Sequence record: MH015255.1 | Direction: 5' to 3' (one strand) | DNA length: 24,000 nucleotides | Source of the DNA: Ruegeria phage vB_RpoS-V10 | Shown here: in pieces, positions 1-6,807 of the stretch | Numbering within the stretch: position 1 is the stretch's first letter | How the letters are laid out: every line of letters starts with the position of its first letter | The notes under the pieces: model-generated | Seen by the model: the letters and a program-made list of their open reading frames with translations, nothing else | What the model was told of the DNA's origin: nothing | Databases searched by the model: none | Made by a program: the position numbers and the translations under genes

Positions 1-51
1 GAATGCCTTACACCTATAAGGGAAGTCAGGACCGACGCGCCGCCCGCGTCC

Positions 52-132
52 AGTAGGGGAAGCGAGGGTCGGCGAATTCTGCCCGATCCAAAAAATTCAG
101 GACAGATTCGCCTAACCCTCGCCTCCCCTACT
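52..132. repeat. Long imperfect inverted repeat / hairpin (18-bp outer arm 52-69 with 115-132, extended inward)
   Basis: AGTAGGGGAAGCGAGGGT (52-69) is complementary to ACCCTCGCCTCCCCTACT (115-132) except one position; inner arm GGCGAATTCTG pairs with CAGATTCGCC. Confidence 0.8.
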
Positions 133-210
133 CGCCCGGTGTCCGCCGCGCTTTCCTGACCTCTCCTTAACAATAGGTGATTCGCCCTGACATTGCAAGA
201 ACAAAATGCG

Positions 211-293
211 CTTGAAGCGGAAAAAGATCACTTGACCGATGCAAGCGAATGTGACAAAAAGGAATCACCGAAACGCTGACAAGGAGTCACAAA
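211..293 (+). promoter_or_regulatory. Early-gene leader repeat copy 1 (CTTGAAGCG ... CAAGCGAAT ... ACCGAAACG ... ATG)
   Basis: Shared blocks with seven other copies, placed immediately upstream of ATG 294. Confidence 0.75.
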
Positions 294-830
294 ATGCCGA
301 CATTCGACCCGCAACACGCCGCCAAGGGTACAATGCCGATCCCCGCCAAGCCGCGCGCAATCGATGCCGACCCGACCGCCGCCGCGATCCGCGCCGCCAT
401 TGTATCGCTGGCAGGCCTGCTGAATGGCGGGGCAGGCGTATCAGTTCGGATAGGGGAAGCCGAAACCAAAGCCGCCGCAAGCCGCAAGCGGACTCCCACC
501 GATCTGCACCACGTGGCAGACCACGCCGCCGCCGCCCGCGTACTTGGCGAGGTATCGGACGCCCTACGCCTTGCCCGCCTGACCGCTACAGGCGAAACGC
601 TGGACGCCGCCCGCATTGCCCGCGATCTGGCATTCATTGCCACAGCCGACGCCCTGCATGGGGAAGAGGGGGAATGCGAGATTGACTCACCAACGGACGC
701 CCTAGCGCCGCTGTCTGTAAGCGCCGCTGATGATCTGGAAGAGGCAGGCGGGGCATATGTGCAAGCGTGGGTATGGGTGCCGCTGGACGCCCTGCACACA
801 ACGCAGCGCGCGCTTGCCATTACCGCCTAA
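294..830 (+). CDS. Hypothetical protein, 178 aa
   Basis: Open frame starting just after leader repeat copy 1 with AAGGAG upstream. Confidence 0.75.
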   Translation: MPTFDPQHAAKGTMPIPAKPRAIDADPTAAAIRAAIVSLAGLLNGGAGVSVRIGEAETKAAASRKRTPTDLHHVADHAAAARVLGEVSDALRLARLTATGETLDAARIARDLAFIATADALHGEEGECEIDSPTDALAPLSVSAADDLEEAGGAYVQAWVWVPLDALHTTQRALAITA

Positions 831-840
831 GGCAAGCCAA

Positions 841-856
841 TGTTTCACGTGAAACA
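841..856. promoter_or_regulatory. parS: Canonical parS (ParB/Spo0J binding site)
   Basis: Perfect 16-bp palindrome TGTTTCACGTGAAACA, identical to the classical chromosomal parS consensus, in the intergenic gap. Confidence 0.75.
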
Positions 857-866
857 TAAAAAACAG

Positions 867-949
867 CTTGAAGCGTAAAATAGTGCTTGACGCTTCAAGC
901 GAATCGTGGCAAAACAGTCTTACCGAAACGCAATGCAAGGAAACGCGAA
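867..949 (+). promoter_or_regulatory. Early-gene leader repeat copy 2
   Basis: CTTGAAGCGTA...AAGCGAATCGTGGCAAAACAGTCTTACCGAAACGCA...ATG. Confidence 0.75.
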
Positions 950-1288
950 ATGAACTTCACAATCCGCCAAGTCGCCGAATTCGTTCCGATCTGGGACTTG
1001 CTGGCAAATGGAAACGACATTGGCCTGCTGACCAACTTCCCCGGCGAGGGGATTGTTTTCACCGTGAAACACGATGACGCGACCGTCACCGATTACAGCG
1101 CCGCGACCCTACACGAGGCGATCTTGAAGGCGAAAGAAACTTTCGCGCAACTGGTCGCTGGAACCCACGAGTCTCAAGCCTACATCGACGAGGATTTTAT
1201 CGAGGATGAGGAGGGGGAAATTGCTCGGATGCGCTGGGAAGAGAATCAGGCCGAACGCTTTACAGAGCAACATCCATACGACTATTGA
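950..1288 (+). CDS. Hypothetical protein, 112 aa (MNFTIRQVAEF...)
   Basis: ATG placed at the conserved distance from leader repeat copy 2 (AAGGAAACGCGAAATG); the longer ORF-track start lies inside the repeat. Confidence 0.75.
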   Translation: MNFTIRQVAEFVPIWDLLANGNDIGLLTNFPGEGIVFTVKHDDATVTDYSAATLHEAILKAKETFAQLVAGTHESQAYIDEDFIEDEEGEIARMRWEENQAERFTEQHPYDY

Positions 1289-1294
1289 GACAAT

Positions 1295-1315
1295 GGGCAG
1301 GCCTAGCGCCTGCCC
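1295..1315 (+). terminator. GC-rich intergenic hairpin GGGCAGGCCTAGCGCCTGCCC
   Basis: Strong stem directly after a stop codon; similar hairpins at 2180, 2497, 4026, 4471 and 4825. No long U-tract. Confidence 0.5.
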
Positions 1316-1327
1316 TAATCTTTTCAG

Positions 1328-1414
1328 CTTGAAGCGCAATTAATGCTTGCATATGTAAGCGAATCATGGCACAAAGAACATACCGAAACGCAACTCACAA
1401 AAGGAACTGACCCC
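1328..1414 (+). promoter_or_regulatory. Early-gene leader repeat copy 3
   Basis: CTTGAAGCGCAATTAATGCTTGCATATGTAAGCGAATCATGGC...ACCGAAACGCA. Confidence 0.75.
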
Positions 1415-2173
1415 ATGGGATACACGCATTATTGGAAGCATTCCGCCCGGTTCACAAAAGACGAATGGGCCACGATTCAGGCGGACGTAAGCGCTATCCT
1501 GACCGCCGCCATTGCCACCGGAGTCGCGCTTGGCGATACCATGGGCGACGCCCAAATAGACCCCGTCGCCGCCGCCGTGAATGACCTGCACACAATCGGA
1601 TTCAACGGGCTTGGCGACGAATCGCTTGAAACCTTCCTGATCTATAAGGACCGCCGCCCGCTTGAAGACTGGCAAGAGAAAAGTCGCCACGGTTGCGATT
1701 TTTGCAAAACAGGCCGCGAATCCTATGACGTCGCCGTGACCGCTTGCCTTGTCTATCTGGAATCCTACTTCCCCAAAAAGTTTTCCGCAGATAGCGACGG
1801 GGGAGTCGCCGATTGGGAAGCCGGACTCGCGCTTGCCAAAGCCGCCTTGCCGCGCCTTGCAAACGTGCTGAGCATCCCCGCCGCAATCGTGTTTGACTCT
1901 CAATTCAAGGCTACCCCCATTTCAGGAAATCGCCTTTTCATCGCGCAAACGGTTTCAGATGAAATCGTGGTAGGGGACGGAGTCCGCCGCGTCATCCTTG
2001 CCCGCTTCCCCGCCGCAATCGCGCCTGACATTGCCGCCCGAGTGCTGGCAATGAAAGCCCGCGACCCCGCCCGCAATGGCTGGGTGAAAGTTAGCGTTGC
2101 GGCGCGCTGGGCTGACCGCCAATGCCGCACCTTGCTACAAGCCGCCCCCATGATAGGCGGGGCAGTAGCCTAG
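1415..2173 (+). CDS. Conserved hypothetical phage protein (MGYTHYW family-like), 252 aa
   Basis: ORF with start MGYTHYWKHS, an N-terminus recognised from phage/bacterial hypotheticals; preceded by the leader repeat. Confidence 0.8.
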   Translation: MGYTHYWKHSARFTKDEWATIQADVSAILTAAIATGVALGDTMGDAQIDPVAAAVNDLHTIGFNGLGDESLETFLIYKDRRPLEDWQEKSRHGCDFCKTGRESYDVAVTACLVYLESYFPKKFSADSDGGVADWEAGLALAKAALPRLANVLSIPAAIVFDSQFKATPISGNRLFIAQTVSDEIVVGDGVRRVILARFPAAIAPDIAARVLAMKARDPARNGWVKVSVAARWADRQCRTLLQAAPMIGGAVA

Positions 2174-2179
2174 CCCACA

Positions 2180-2200
2180 GGGCAGGCCTAGAGCCTGCCC
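2180..2200 (+). terminator. GC-rich intergenic hairpin GGGCAGGCCTAGAGCCTGCCC
   Basis: Stem GGGCAGGC/GCCTGCCC following a stop codon. Confidence 0.5.
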
Positions 2201-2211
2201 AAATATTTCCG

Positions 2212-2295
2212 CTTGAAGCGCAATTTGTGCTTGCATTAGGTAAGCGAATCTGTCAAAACAGTCTTACCGAAACGCAGCACAAGGAACCCTGCACC
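2212..2295 (+). promoter_or_regulatory. Early-gene leader repeat copy 4
   Basis: Includes GGTAAG...CTTACC pairing and the CTGTCAAAACAG mini-hairpin before CCGAAACGCAGCACAAGGAACC. Confidence 0.75.
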
Positions 2296-2490
2296 ATGGC
2301 AATCGCAATGATCGACACCATCGAAATCCTCGACACCCTGACCGGGGAAATCGAATCCTCTAACGTCTACACCTGCGACACCGCAGAAGACCTTGCAGCC
2401 TTGCTGGAAATGGACTTCGACGAAATGGAAGTCCAGCCGGGGGAATTCGTGCCGCTGTCTGGCCTGATCGATCTTGAAGACCGATTCTAA
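2296..2490 (+). CDS. Hypothetical acidic protein, 64 aa
   Basis: ORF MAIAMIDTIEILDTL... with AAGGAA upstream. Confidence 0.7.
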   Translation: MAIAMIDTIEILDTLTGEIESSNVYTCDTAEDLAALLEMDFDEMEVQPGEFVPLSGLIDLEDRF

Positions 2491-2496
2491 TCACAA

Positions 2497-2516
2497 GGGC
2501 AGGGGAAACCCTGCCC
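2497..2516 (+). terminator. Hairpin GGGCAGGGGAAACCCTGCCC
   Basis: 8-bp stem with GAAA-type loop after a stop codon. Confidence 0.5.
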
Positions 2517-2535
2517 ACCTTTGAAAGGGGAAAGC

Positions 2536-2757
2536 ATGGCACAGTATCAAGCCCGAGTCGACGTCCACACCTTGACGCCTGAGCAACGCGCGGCGCTACA
2601 GCCGGGGCAGCACATCACCGCAAGCGGCGCGCCCGGACGCTGGGCAGGGCAGACCCGCCACGGCACGGACGTGGCAGCATGGGCAGGCAACGCCACCCGC
2701 CACCCGTTAGGCCGCGCCGGATATTTCCGCGCAATGCGGGAATATGCGACCAGATAA
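2536..2757 (+). CDS. Hypothetical protein, 73 aa
   Basis: ORF MAQYQARVDVHTLTPEQR... with GAAAGGGGAAAG upstream. Confidence 0.65.
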   Translation: MAQYQARVDVHTLTPEQRAALQPGQHITASGAPGRWAGQTRHGTDVAAWAGNATRHPLGRAGYFRAMREYATR

Positions 2758-2765
2758 AAAATGCG

Positions 2766-2849
2766 CTTGAAGCGCAATTTGCGCTTGCGAATCATGTCAG
2801 GATATGTGACAAAGGGTTATCGAAACGCAGCAACCCAAAGGAACGCAAA
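2766..2849 (+). promoter_or_regulatory. Early-gene leader repeat copy 5 (subtype with CTTGCGAATCATGTCAGGATATGTGACAAAG)
   Basis: Block shared nearly verbatim with copies at 3384 and 4125. Confidence 0.75.
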
Positions 2850-2984
2850 ATGAAAACCATCGTGACAAACCCTGACCTGACCCAGATCGCCCATGACGCC
2901 GTGATGGCTAACCCCGTAGCAGGCTACGCCGTTCTGGTCGCTCTGGTCGCCTTCTTTGCCTATAAAGCGATGGATTGGATTTGA
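2850..2984 (+). CDS. Small membrane protein, 44 aa
   Basis: MKTIVTNPDLTQIAHDAVMANPVAGYAVLVALVAFFAYKAMDWI; single hydrophobic segment. Confidence 0.65.
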   Translation: MKTIVTNPDLTQIAHDAVMANPVAGYAVLVALVAFFAYKAMDWI

Positions 2985-3388
2985 TGGAAAAAGTTGACGT
3001 CTATTTCAACCTGCACAGAAAAATTTGGTCAATCCGGTCGCGCAAGTCGGGGCTGGTGACCGCCCACAGCCGAGTCGTTGTTTTCCCATATGGCGCGGAA
3101 ATGATCGTGCAAGCCGCTGGCCGCGCCCGCGTGCTGCAAGAGGGCAAGAAATACGTGCACGCCTATGTGAGGGGCGAGTCGCCGCTGGTATACGACGCCG
3201 CCGCCCATTGGCAAGCGTTTGGGGAAAGCCTGCCCGCCGCGACGCGGAGCACATACAACCCGATGCGCGCCGGACATTTCACCCGCCGCGACAATGGCGC
3301 GCGGATCGATCACGCCGCCGCCGTGGTTATGGTCGCAAGGGAAGGCGCACCGCCTGAGGTTTGGGCCGTGCAAACTAATTGCGCTTGA
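2984..3388 (+). CDS. Conserved hypothetical phage protein (MEKVDVYFNLHRKIWSIRS...), 134 aa
   Basis: TGATG overlap with the upstream ORF; N-terminus is a familiar phage hypothetical pattern. Confidence 0.75.
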   Translation: MEKVDVYFNLHRKIWSIRSRKSGLVTAHSRVVVFPYGAEMIVQAAGRARVLQEGKKYVHAYVRGESPLVYDAAAHWQAFGESLPAATRSTYNPMRAGHFTRRDNGARIDHAAAVVMVAREGAPPEVWAVQTNCA

Positions 3389-3624
3389 AGCGCAATTAGC
3401 CCTTGCGAATCATGTCAGGATATGTGACAAAGAGTAACAGGAAGCGACGGGAAAAGCCGCCGCTACCGGGCCGGGAAAAGCCGGAACGGGAATTGAGGCG
3501 GGAAAAGCCGCCCCACCTTGGCAGGGAAAAGCCTGCCAAGGCCTGACAAAAGAACACAGGCGGGGGAAAGGTGCCCGCCACAACCGAAACGCGAAACGCA
3601 AACAAAACACAAGGAACCGCCAAA
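3384..3624 (+). promoter_or_regulatory. Early-gene leader repeat copy 6, followed by a long 5'UTR
   Basis: CTTGAAGCGCAATTAGCCCTTGCGAATCATGTCAGGATATGTGACAAAG, then an unusual hairpin cluster before ATG 3625. Confidence 0.6.
3449..3579 (+). repeat. Cluster of repeated small hairpins with GGGAAAAGCC cores
   Basis: GACGGGAAAAGCCGCC, CCGGGAAAAGCCGG, GGCGGGAAAAGCCGCC, GGCAGGGAAAAGCCTGCC, then GGCGGGGGAAAGGTGCCCGCC. Confidence 0.7.
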
Positions 3625-4017
3625 ATGCTGAAATTTGTTTTCCTGCTGACCATCTGGACCGCCGAGTCGAATATCCCGCAAGTATCTGTTGAAGACTACG
3701 GAATCAGCGGGGAAGACTGCATCGCCCGCATGGTCGAATATGTTGAAGCCGACCCGATGCAATCGCGCGGCGCTGCATCCTGCGAACTGGACCAAGGCGA
3801 GCCATGGGACGAATTGACCGAATCCGGCACATTCCCCGAATCCACCTCGGAGTCCGATGCATACGCGGTTGATCATCAGGGCCAATATTTGATCCTGCCC
3901 GTATGCGAGTATGAAGACTCCGACGATTGCGTTTGGGACGCCGCCACGCGGGGCAATGGCAAGGGGGAGTCGTTCTACTCCTATCAGGGCAAGCGCTACC
4001 CCGTAGCCTTCGAATAA
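3625..4017 (+). CDS. Hypothetical protein, 130 aa
   Basis: ORF MLKFVFLLTIWTAESNIPQVSVEDYG... after AAGGAACCGCCAAA. Confidence 0.7.
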   Translation: MLKFVFLLTIWTAESNIPQVSVEDYGISGEDCIARMVEYVEADPMQSRGAASCELDQGEPWDELTESGTFPESTSESDAYAVDHQGQYLILPVCEYEDSDDCVWDAATRGNGKGESFYSYQGKRYPVAFE

Positions 4018-4025
4018 GGCCCACA

Positions 4026-4046
4026 GGGCAGGCCTAGCGCCTGCCC
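4026..4046 (+). terminator. Hairpin GGGCAGGCCTAGCGCCTGCCC
   Basis: Identical stem-loop to 1295-1315, after a stop codon. Confidence 0.5.
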
Positions 4047-4124
4047 GCACCACCCGCCGCCCGCCACAGCCTTACCCACTACAGGCCCGCCCTAGCGCCT
4101 GTCAGGCCTATAAAATAAAATGCG

Positions 4125-4207
4125 CTTGAAGCGTACTTTATGCTTGCGAATCATGTCAGGATATGTGACAAAGGGTTATCGAAACGCAGCACAAGGAACC
4201 CTGCACC
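4125..4207 (+). promoter_or_regulatory. Early-gene leader repeat copy 7
   Basis: Near-identical to copy 5, ending ACGCAGCACAAGGAACCCTGCACCATG as in copy 4. Confidence 0.75.
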
Positions 4208-4462
4208 ATGGCAAACGCTGAAATCACCCTGTACGTCACCAAAGCCGGAACCGAATTCGAGTGCACCGTCACCGCAGAAGGCGACGTAACCGAAGGGGGA
4301 AGCAATAGCTATGGCAGCGACGAGCCTGCATGGTGCGAGGTGGACAATGTCACCCTGTACAACGCGCGCGGCAAGGCTGTCAGCAAGCGCTTCCTTGCCG
4401 CCCTGACTGGCAGCGATTGGGACGCAATCCACGAGGCCCTTGTGGAAAGTGAGGGCTGGTAA
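4208..4462 (+). CDS. Hypothetical protein, 84 aa
   Basis: ORF MANAEITLYVTKAGTEFECTVTAEG... Confidence 0.7.
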   Translation: MANAEITLYVTKAGTEFECTVTAEGDVTEGGSNSYGSDEPAWCEVDNVTLYNARGKAVSKRFLAALTGSDWDAIHEALVESEGW

Positions 4463-4522
4463 GCCCTACAGGGGCAGGCGCTAGGCCTGCCCTGCCCACA
4501 AAACAAAGATCAAATAAATGCG

Positions 4523-4606
4523 CTTGAAGCTCACTTTATGCTTGCCGAATCGGATGGAAAGGCGCAAGGTAGTCTTACCGAAACGCAGAACAAAAGGAAC
4601 TGCATC
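4523..4606 (+). promoter_or_regulatory. Early-gene leader repeat copy 8
   Basis: CTTGAAGCTCACTTTATGCTTGCCGAATC...GTCTTACCGAAACGCA. Confidence 0.7.
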
Positions 4607-4813
4607 ATGACAACCCGCATCATCAACACCAAACAAAAGAATTCCATGGTCGCCCAGCTTGTAGCGCTAGGCGGCACAGCCACAAAGAGCGACGCCGGAG
4701 TCGTTGTGACCCACCCTAAGGCGGGGGAAGTATTCCGCGCCATGAAGGGCGCGCGCGGCACCCACCTAGCCCGCTGGATGGATGGCCTGTTTGACGCGGT
4801 CCCTGCCCAGTAG
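4607..4813 (+). CDS. Hypothetical protein, 68 aa
   Basis: MTTRIINTKQKNSMVAQLVALGGTATKSDAG... after AAAAGGAAC. Confidence 0.65.
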   Translation: MTTRIINTKQKNSMVAQLVALGGTATKSDAGVVVTHPKAGEVFRAMKGARGTHLARWMDGLFDAVPAQ

Positions 4814-4824
4814 GGCAGGCCACA

Positions 4825-4852
4825 GGGGGCAGGCTTAGGCCACCCCCTGCCC
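4825..4852 (+). terminator. GC-rich hairpin GGGGGCAGGCTTAGGCCACCCCCTGCCC
   Basis: Imperfect strong stem after a stop codon. Confidence 0.4.
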
Positions 4853-4869
4853 ACCCACCCCCACCACCA

Positions 4870-5190
4870 CAGGGCAGGCCATGGCCTGCCCTTATGCATG
4901 GCAATGCATGGCGCACACGCTAGGCCATGGCATGGGGTCATAGGGGGCAAGGCCTGCCCCATGGCAGCGAGCGAGCGAGCAAGGCAAGAGCCTGCACAGC
5001 ACAGCACAGCACAGCACACAAGCGAATCACCTATGCCATAGGCCACCCCATGCCATGCCATGGCATGGCAGGCCATGCCACAGGCCAACGTATAGCATTG
5101 CATGAATGTATTGTATGCCATGCCATGGCATGGCATGGGTAGCGAGCGAGCGAGCAAGACAAGAGCGAGCAGGCGAGGCGAGCGAGGCAA
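4870..5190. repeat. Low-complexity palindromic region (CATGG/GCCATGGC, GAGC, CACAG repeats)
   Basis: Perfect palindromes TGCCATGCCATGGCATGGCA (5051-5070) and ATGCCATGCCATGGCATGGCAT (5115-5136); (GAGC)n and (CACAG)n tracts; duplicated AGCGAGCGAGCGAGCAAGRCAAGAGC. Confidence 0.85.
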
Positions 5191-5492
5191 GCAATGATGA
5201 TGTGATAAAAAAGCAACAGGGGACCCAAAGGGGGGAGTACCCCCAACCCGAATCGCCCGCGTAGTAGCTGTAAGCAGGTTGCAGAGCAATTTTTTGGATG
5301 CAGTACCTGCGCCCGAGCTGCAGAACAACAAGGGACCCGCCCAAAAAGAGGGTACCCCCTGTTCGAATCGCATATGGCCCTATTTTTTGTAAAAATTTCA
5401 CCAAAAAGTGTTGCATAAATGTCACTAAAGGCAGAATCCGGCGCAGAATCGACAAAAATACGGCTTCATGACCCTTTTTCACGTCACGATGC

Positions 5493-5521
5493 TTGACAAT
5501 ATACGCGAATCCACTTACATC
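5493..5521 (+). promoter_or_regulatory. Sigma70-like promoter TTGACA-N17-TACATC
   Basis: Consensus -35, 17-bp spacer; upstream TGACCC box shared with other promoters. Confidence 0.6.
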
Positions 5522-5561
5522 CAGTGACACGAGTAAATCAACCCGAGCAAAGGAGGGTCGC

Positions 5562-5651
5562 ATGCAGAACGTCTATTCCGTCGCTAACGCGACCCCGTAT
5601 CTCATCCCTGAGATGCCATCAGAACACACCGGCAGCACGCCAGCCATCTGA
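5562..5651 (+). CDS. Possible 29-aa small/leader peptide
   Basis: AAAGGAGG then MQNVYSVANATPYLIPEMPSEHTGSTPAI*. Confidence 0.35.
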   Translation: MQNVYSVANATPYLIPEMPSEHTGSTPAI

Positions 5652-5822
5652 CCTTCGCCGGGGAACATCTCGATCCCCAAAATCTCAAATCCAGCAAGAC
5701 AGTGAATCCGTAGGACGTCGACCGCTAACGCGGTCCTCACCACCTCCTGAGACACCAAATTGCTGCCTCAACACCTCTCTGATCCAGAAAATGGGTTATA
5801 GGGAGCGTTTCTATCCCTCAAT

Positions 5823-5988
5823 GGTCCATATATGGACCTAAACCCCCTTTATGAGCCATATATGACCCATTGAGGCCCAGAAAGACGCCTAATAGGTCAC
5901 GATAGACCTCTTATATGTCACCAAGACATGCGCCGTCAGGCGCTATGACCCTCCGGTTTGTGATCCGCGGATAGGTGACATATATGAG
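5823..5988. promoter_or_regulatory. Cluster of operator-like CATATATG palindromic motifs
   Basis: GGTCCATATATGGACC (5823), GAGCCATATATGACCC (5853), TTATATGTCACC (5911), GGTGACATATATGAG (5974). Confidence 0.55.
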
Positions 5989-6033
5989 CTGTATCGTCGA
6001 TGTCAGAAAATCTGACAAACACGAAAATAGTTC

Positions 6034-6062
6034 TTGACCCGAGTGTCAGCCTCGCTTACATA
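6034..6062 (+). promoter_or_regulatory. Promoter P1: TTGACC-N17-TACATA
   Basis: Near-consensus boxes; shares AGCCTNGCTTACA with P2. Confidence 0.6.
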
Positions 6063-6136
6063 GGGTCCATCGAAACAACAAATGACGCACCATTCGAAAG
6101 GAAGGACGCCGAAATGAAGTAGAGATGAAAAAGATG

Positions 6137-6165
6137 TTGACACGGTAGACAGCCTAGCTTACACC
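6137..6165 (+). promoter_or_regulatory. Promoter P2: TTGACA-N17-TACACC
   Basis: Consensus -35 and 17-bp spacer, tandem with P1. Confidence 0.6.
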
Positions 6166-6318
6166 ATGTCACACAAAGCAGCGAACGAAAGTGAGCAGCG
6201 AGCCGGACGAACCGGCAACAATGCCTAAAGGCGCTCCGCGCCGAACCGGCGAACAGAATACAGGGGACGGTTTCATACCCGTTTAATCTTCGGACCTCTG
6301 GCGGTTTCATACCCGCAC

Positions 6319-6334
6319 GCTCTTTGACAATTTG
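6319..6334 (+). promoter_or_regulatory. boxA-like antitermination element
   Basis: GCTCTTTGACAATTTG resembles rRNA-operon boxA (TGCTCTTTAACA) and sits between the tandem promoters and the first tRNA. Confidence 0.5.
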
Positions 6335-6431
6335 GCTGTCCGATCTGCGGTCCTTCGGGACGATAAAATCAAGCAGGTCAGCATTGTAGACGTCCCTTAA
6401 AACGGGGCTATCGATAATCAGTGCAAATCTT

Positions 6432-6508
6432 GCCGCATGGGACTTCTTGGTGAAGGTCGCTGCCCTTTCAAGGCGGAGAAGCGGGTTCGAAACCCGCATG
6501 CGGCACCA
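6432..6508 (+). tRNA. tRNA-Glu(TTC)
   Basis: GCCGCAT/ATGCGGC acceptor, loop CTTTCAA, T-arm GCGGG-TTCGAAA-CCCGC, encoded CCA. Confidence 0.9.
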
Positions 6509-6540
6509 GTTTTAGTCGACAGCCTCCGGGCCTAGACAAT

Positions 6541-6617
6541 GGAGCATTGGACTTCTTGGTGAAGGTCGCCGCGTTCTCAACGCGGAGAAGCGGGTTCGAA
6601 ACCCGCATGCTCTACCA
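6541..6617 (+). tRNA. tRNA-Glu(CTC)
   Basis: Near-duplicate of the previous tRNA; loop TTCTCAA; encoded CCA. Confidence 0.9.
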
Positions 6618-6807
6618 ATCACATCACTGTATGCGTTGCGCTAAAAACGTGACTGAGGGTGGTGTGTATGAATGACCCTCCGGCTTCTGGAACACGCTTG
6701 CGTGCTGGCCCAGAACCGTTGAGGGACATTCAAATAGATCGCTGGTCGCAGGGCTGTCCCCTTGCCTCTCTCTGTGTTTCGGTAACATAGATCAGCGGTC
6801 TTTTTGA

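Noticed and set aside
887-949. Longer N-terminal starts given for several early ORFs (e.g. 887, 2122, 3571, 4538)
   Set aside because: These extensions translate the conserved leader repeat (…SLTETQ…KR…); the downstream ATGs have RBS-like spacing common to all copies.
1054-1071. Second parS-like sequence TGTTTTCACCGTGAAACA
   Set aside because: It contains two extra bases that shift half-site spacing and lies inside a coding frame (IVFTVKHDD); unlikely to bind ParB canonically, so kept only as a comment.
4950-5150. Possible CRISPR-like repeats
   Set aside because: Repeats are short, irregular and palindromic with no uniform spacers; no CRISPR array is visible anywhere in the window.
4531-5563. 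Large minus-strand ORFs (280 aa and 178 aa) across the CATGG/GAGC repeat
   Set aside because: Repeat-driven open frames with low-complexity composition (AMPCHGMAW..., LARSLACSLL), antisense to ORF 4607.
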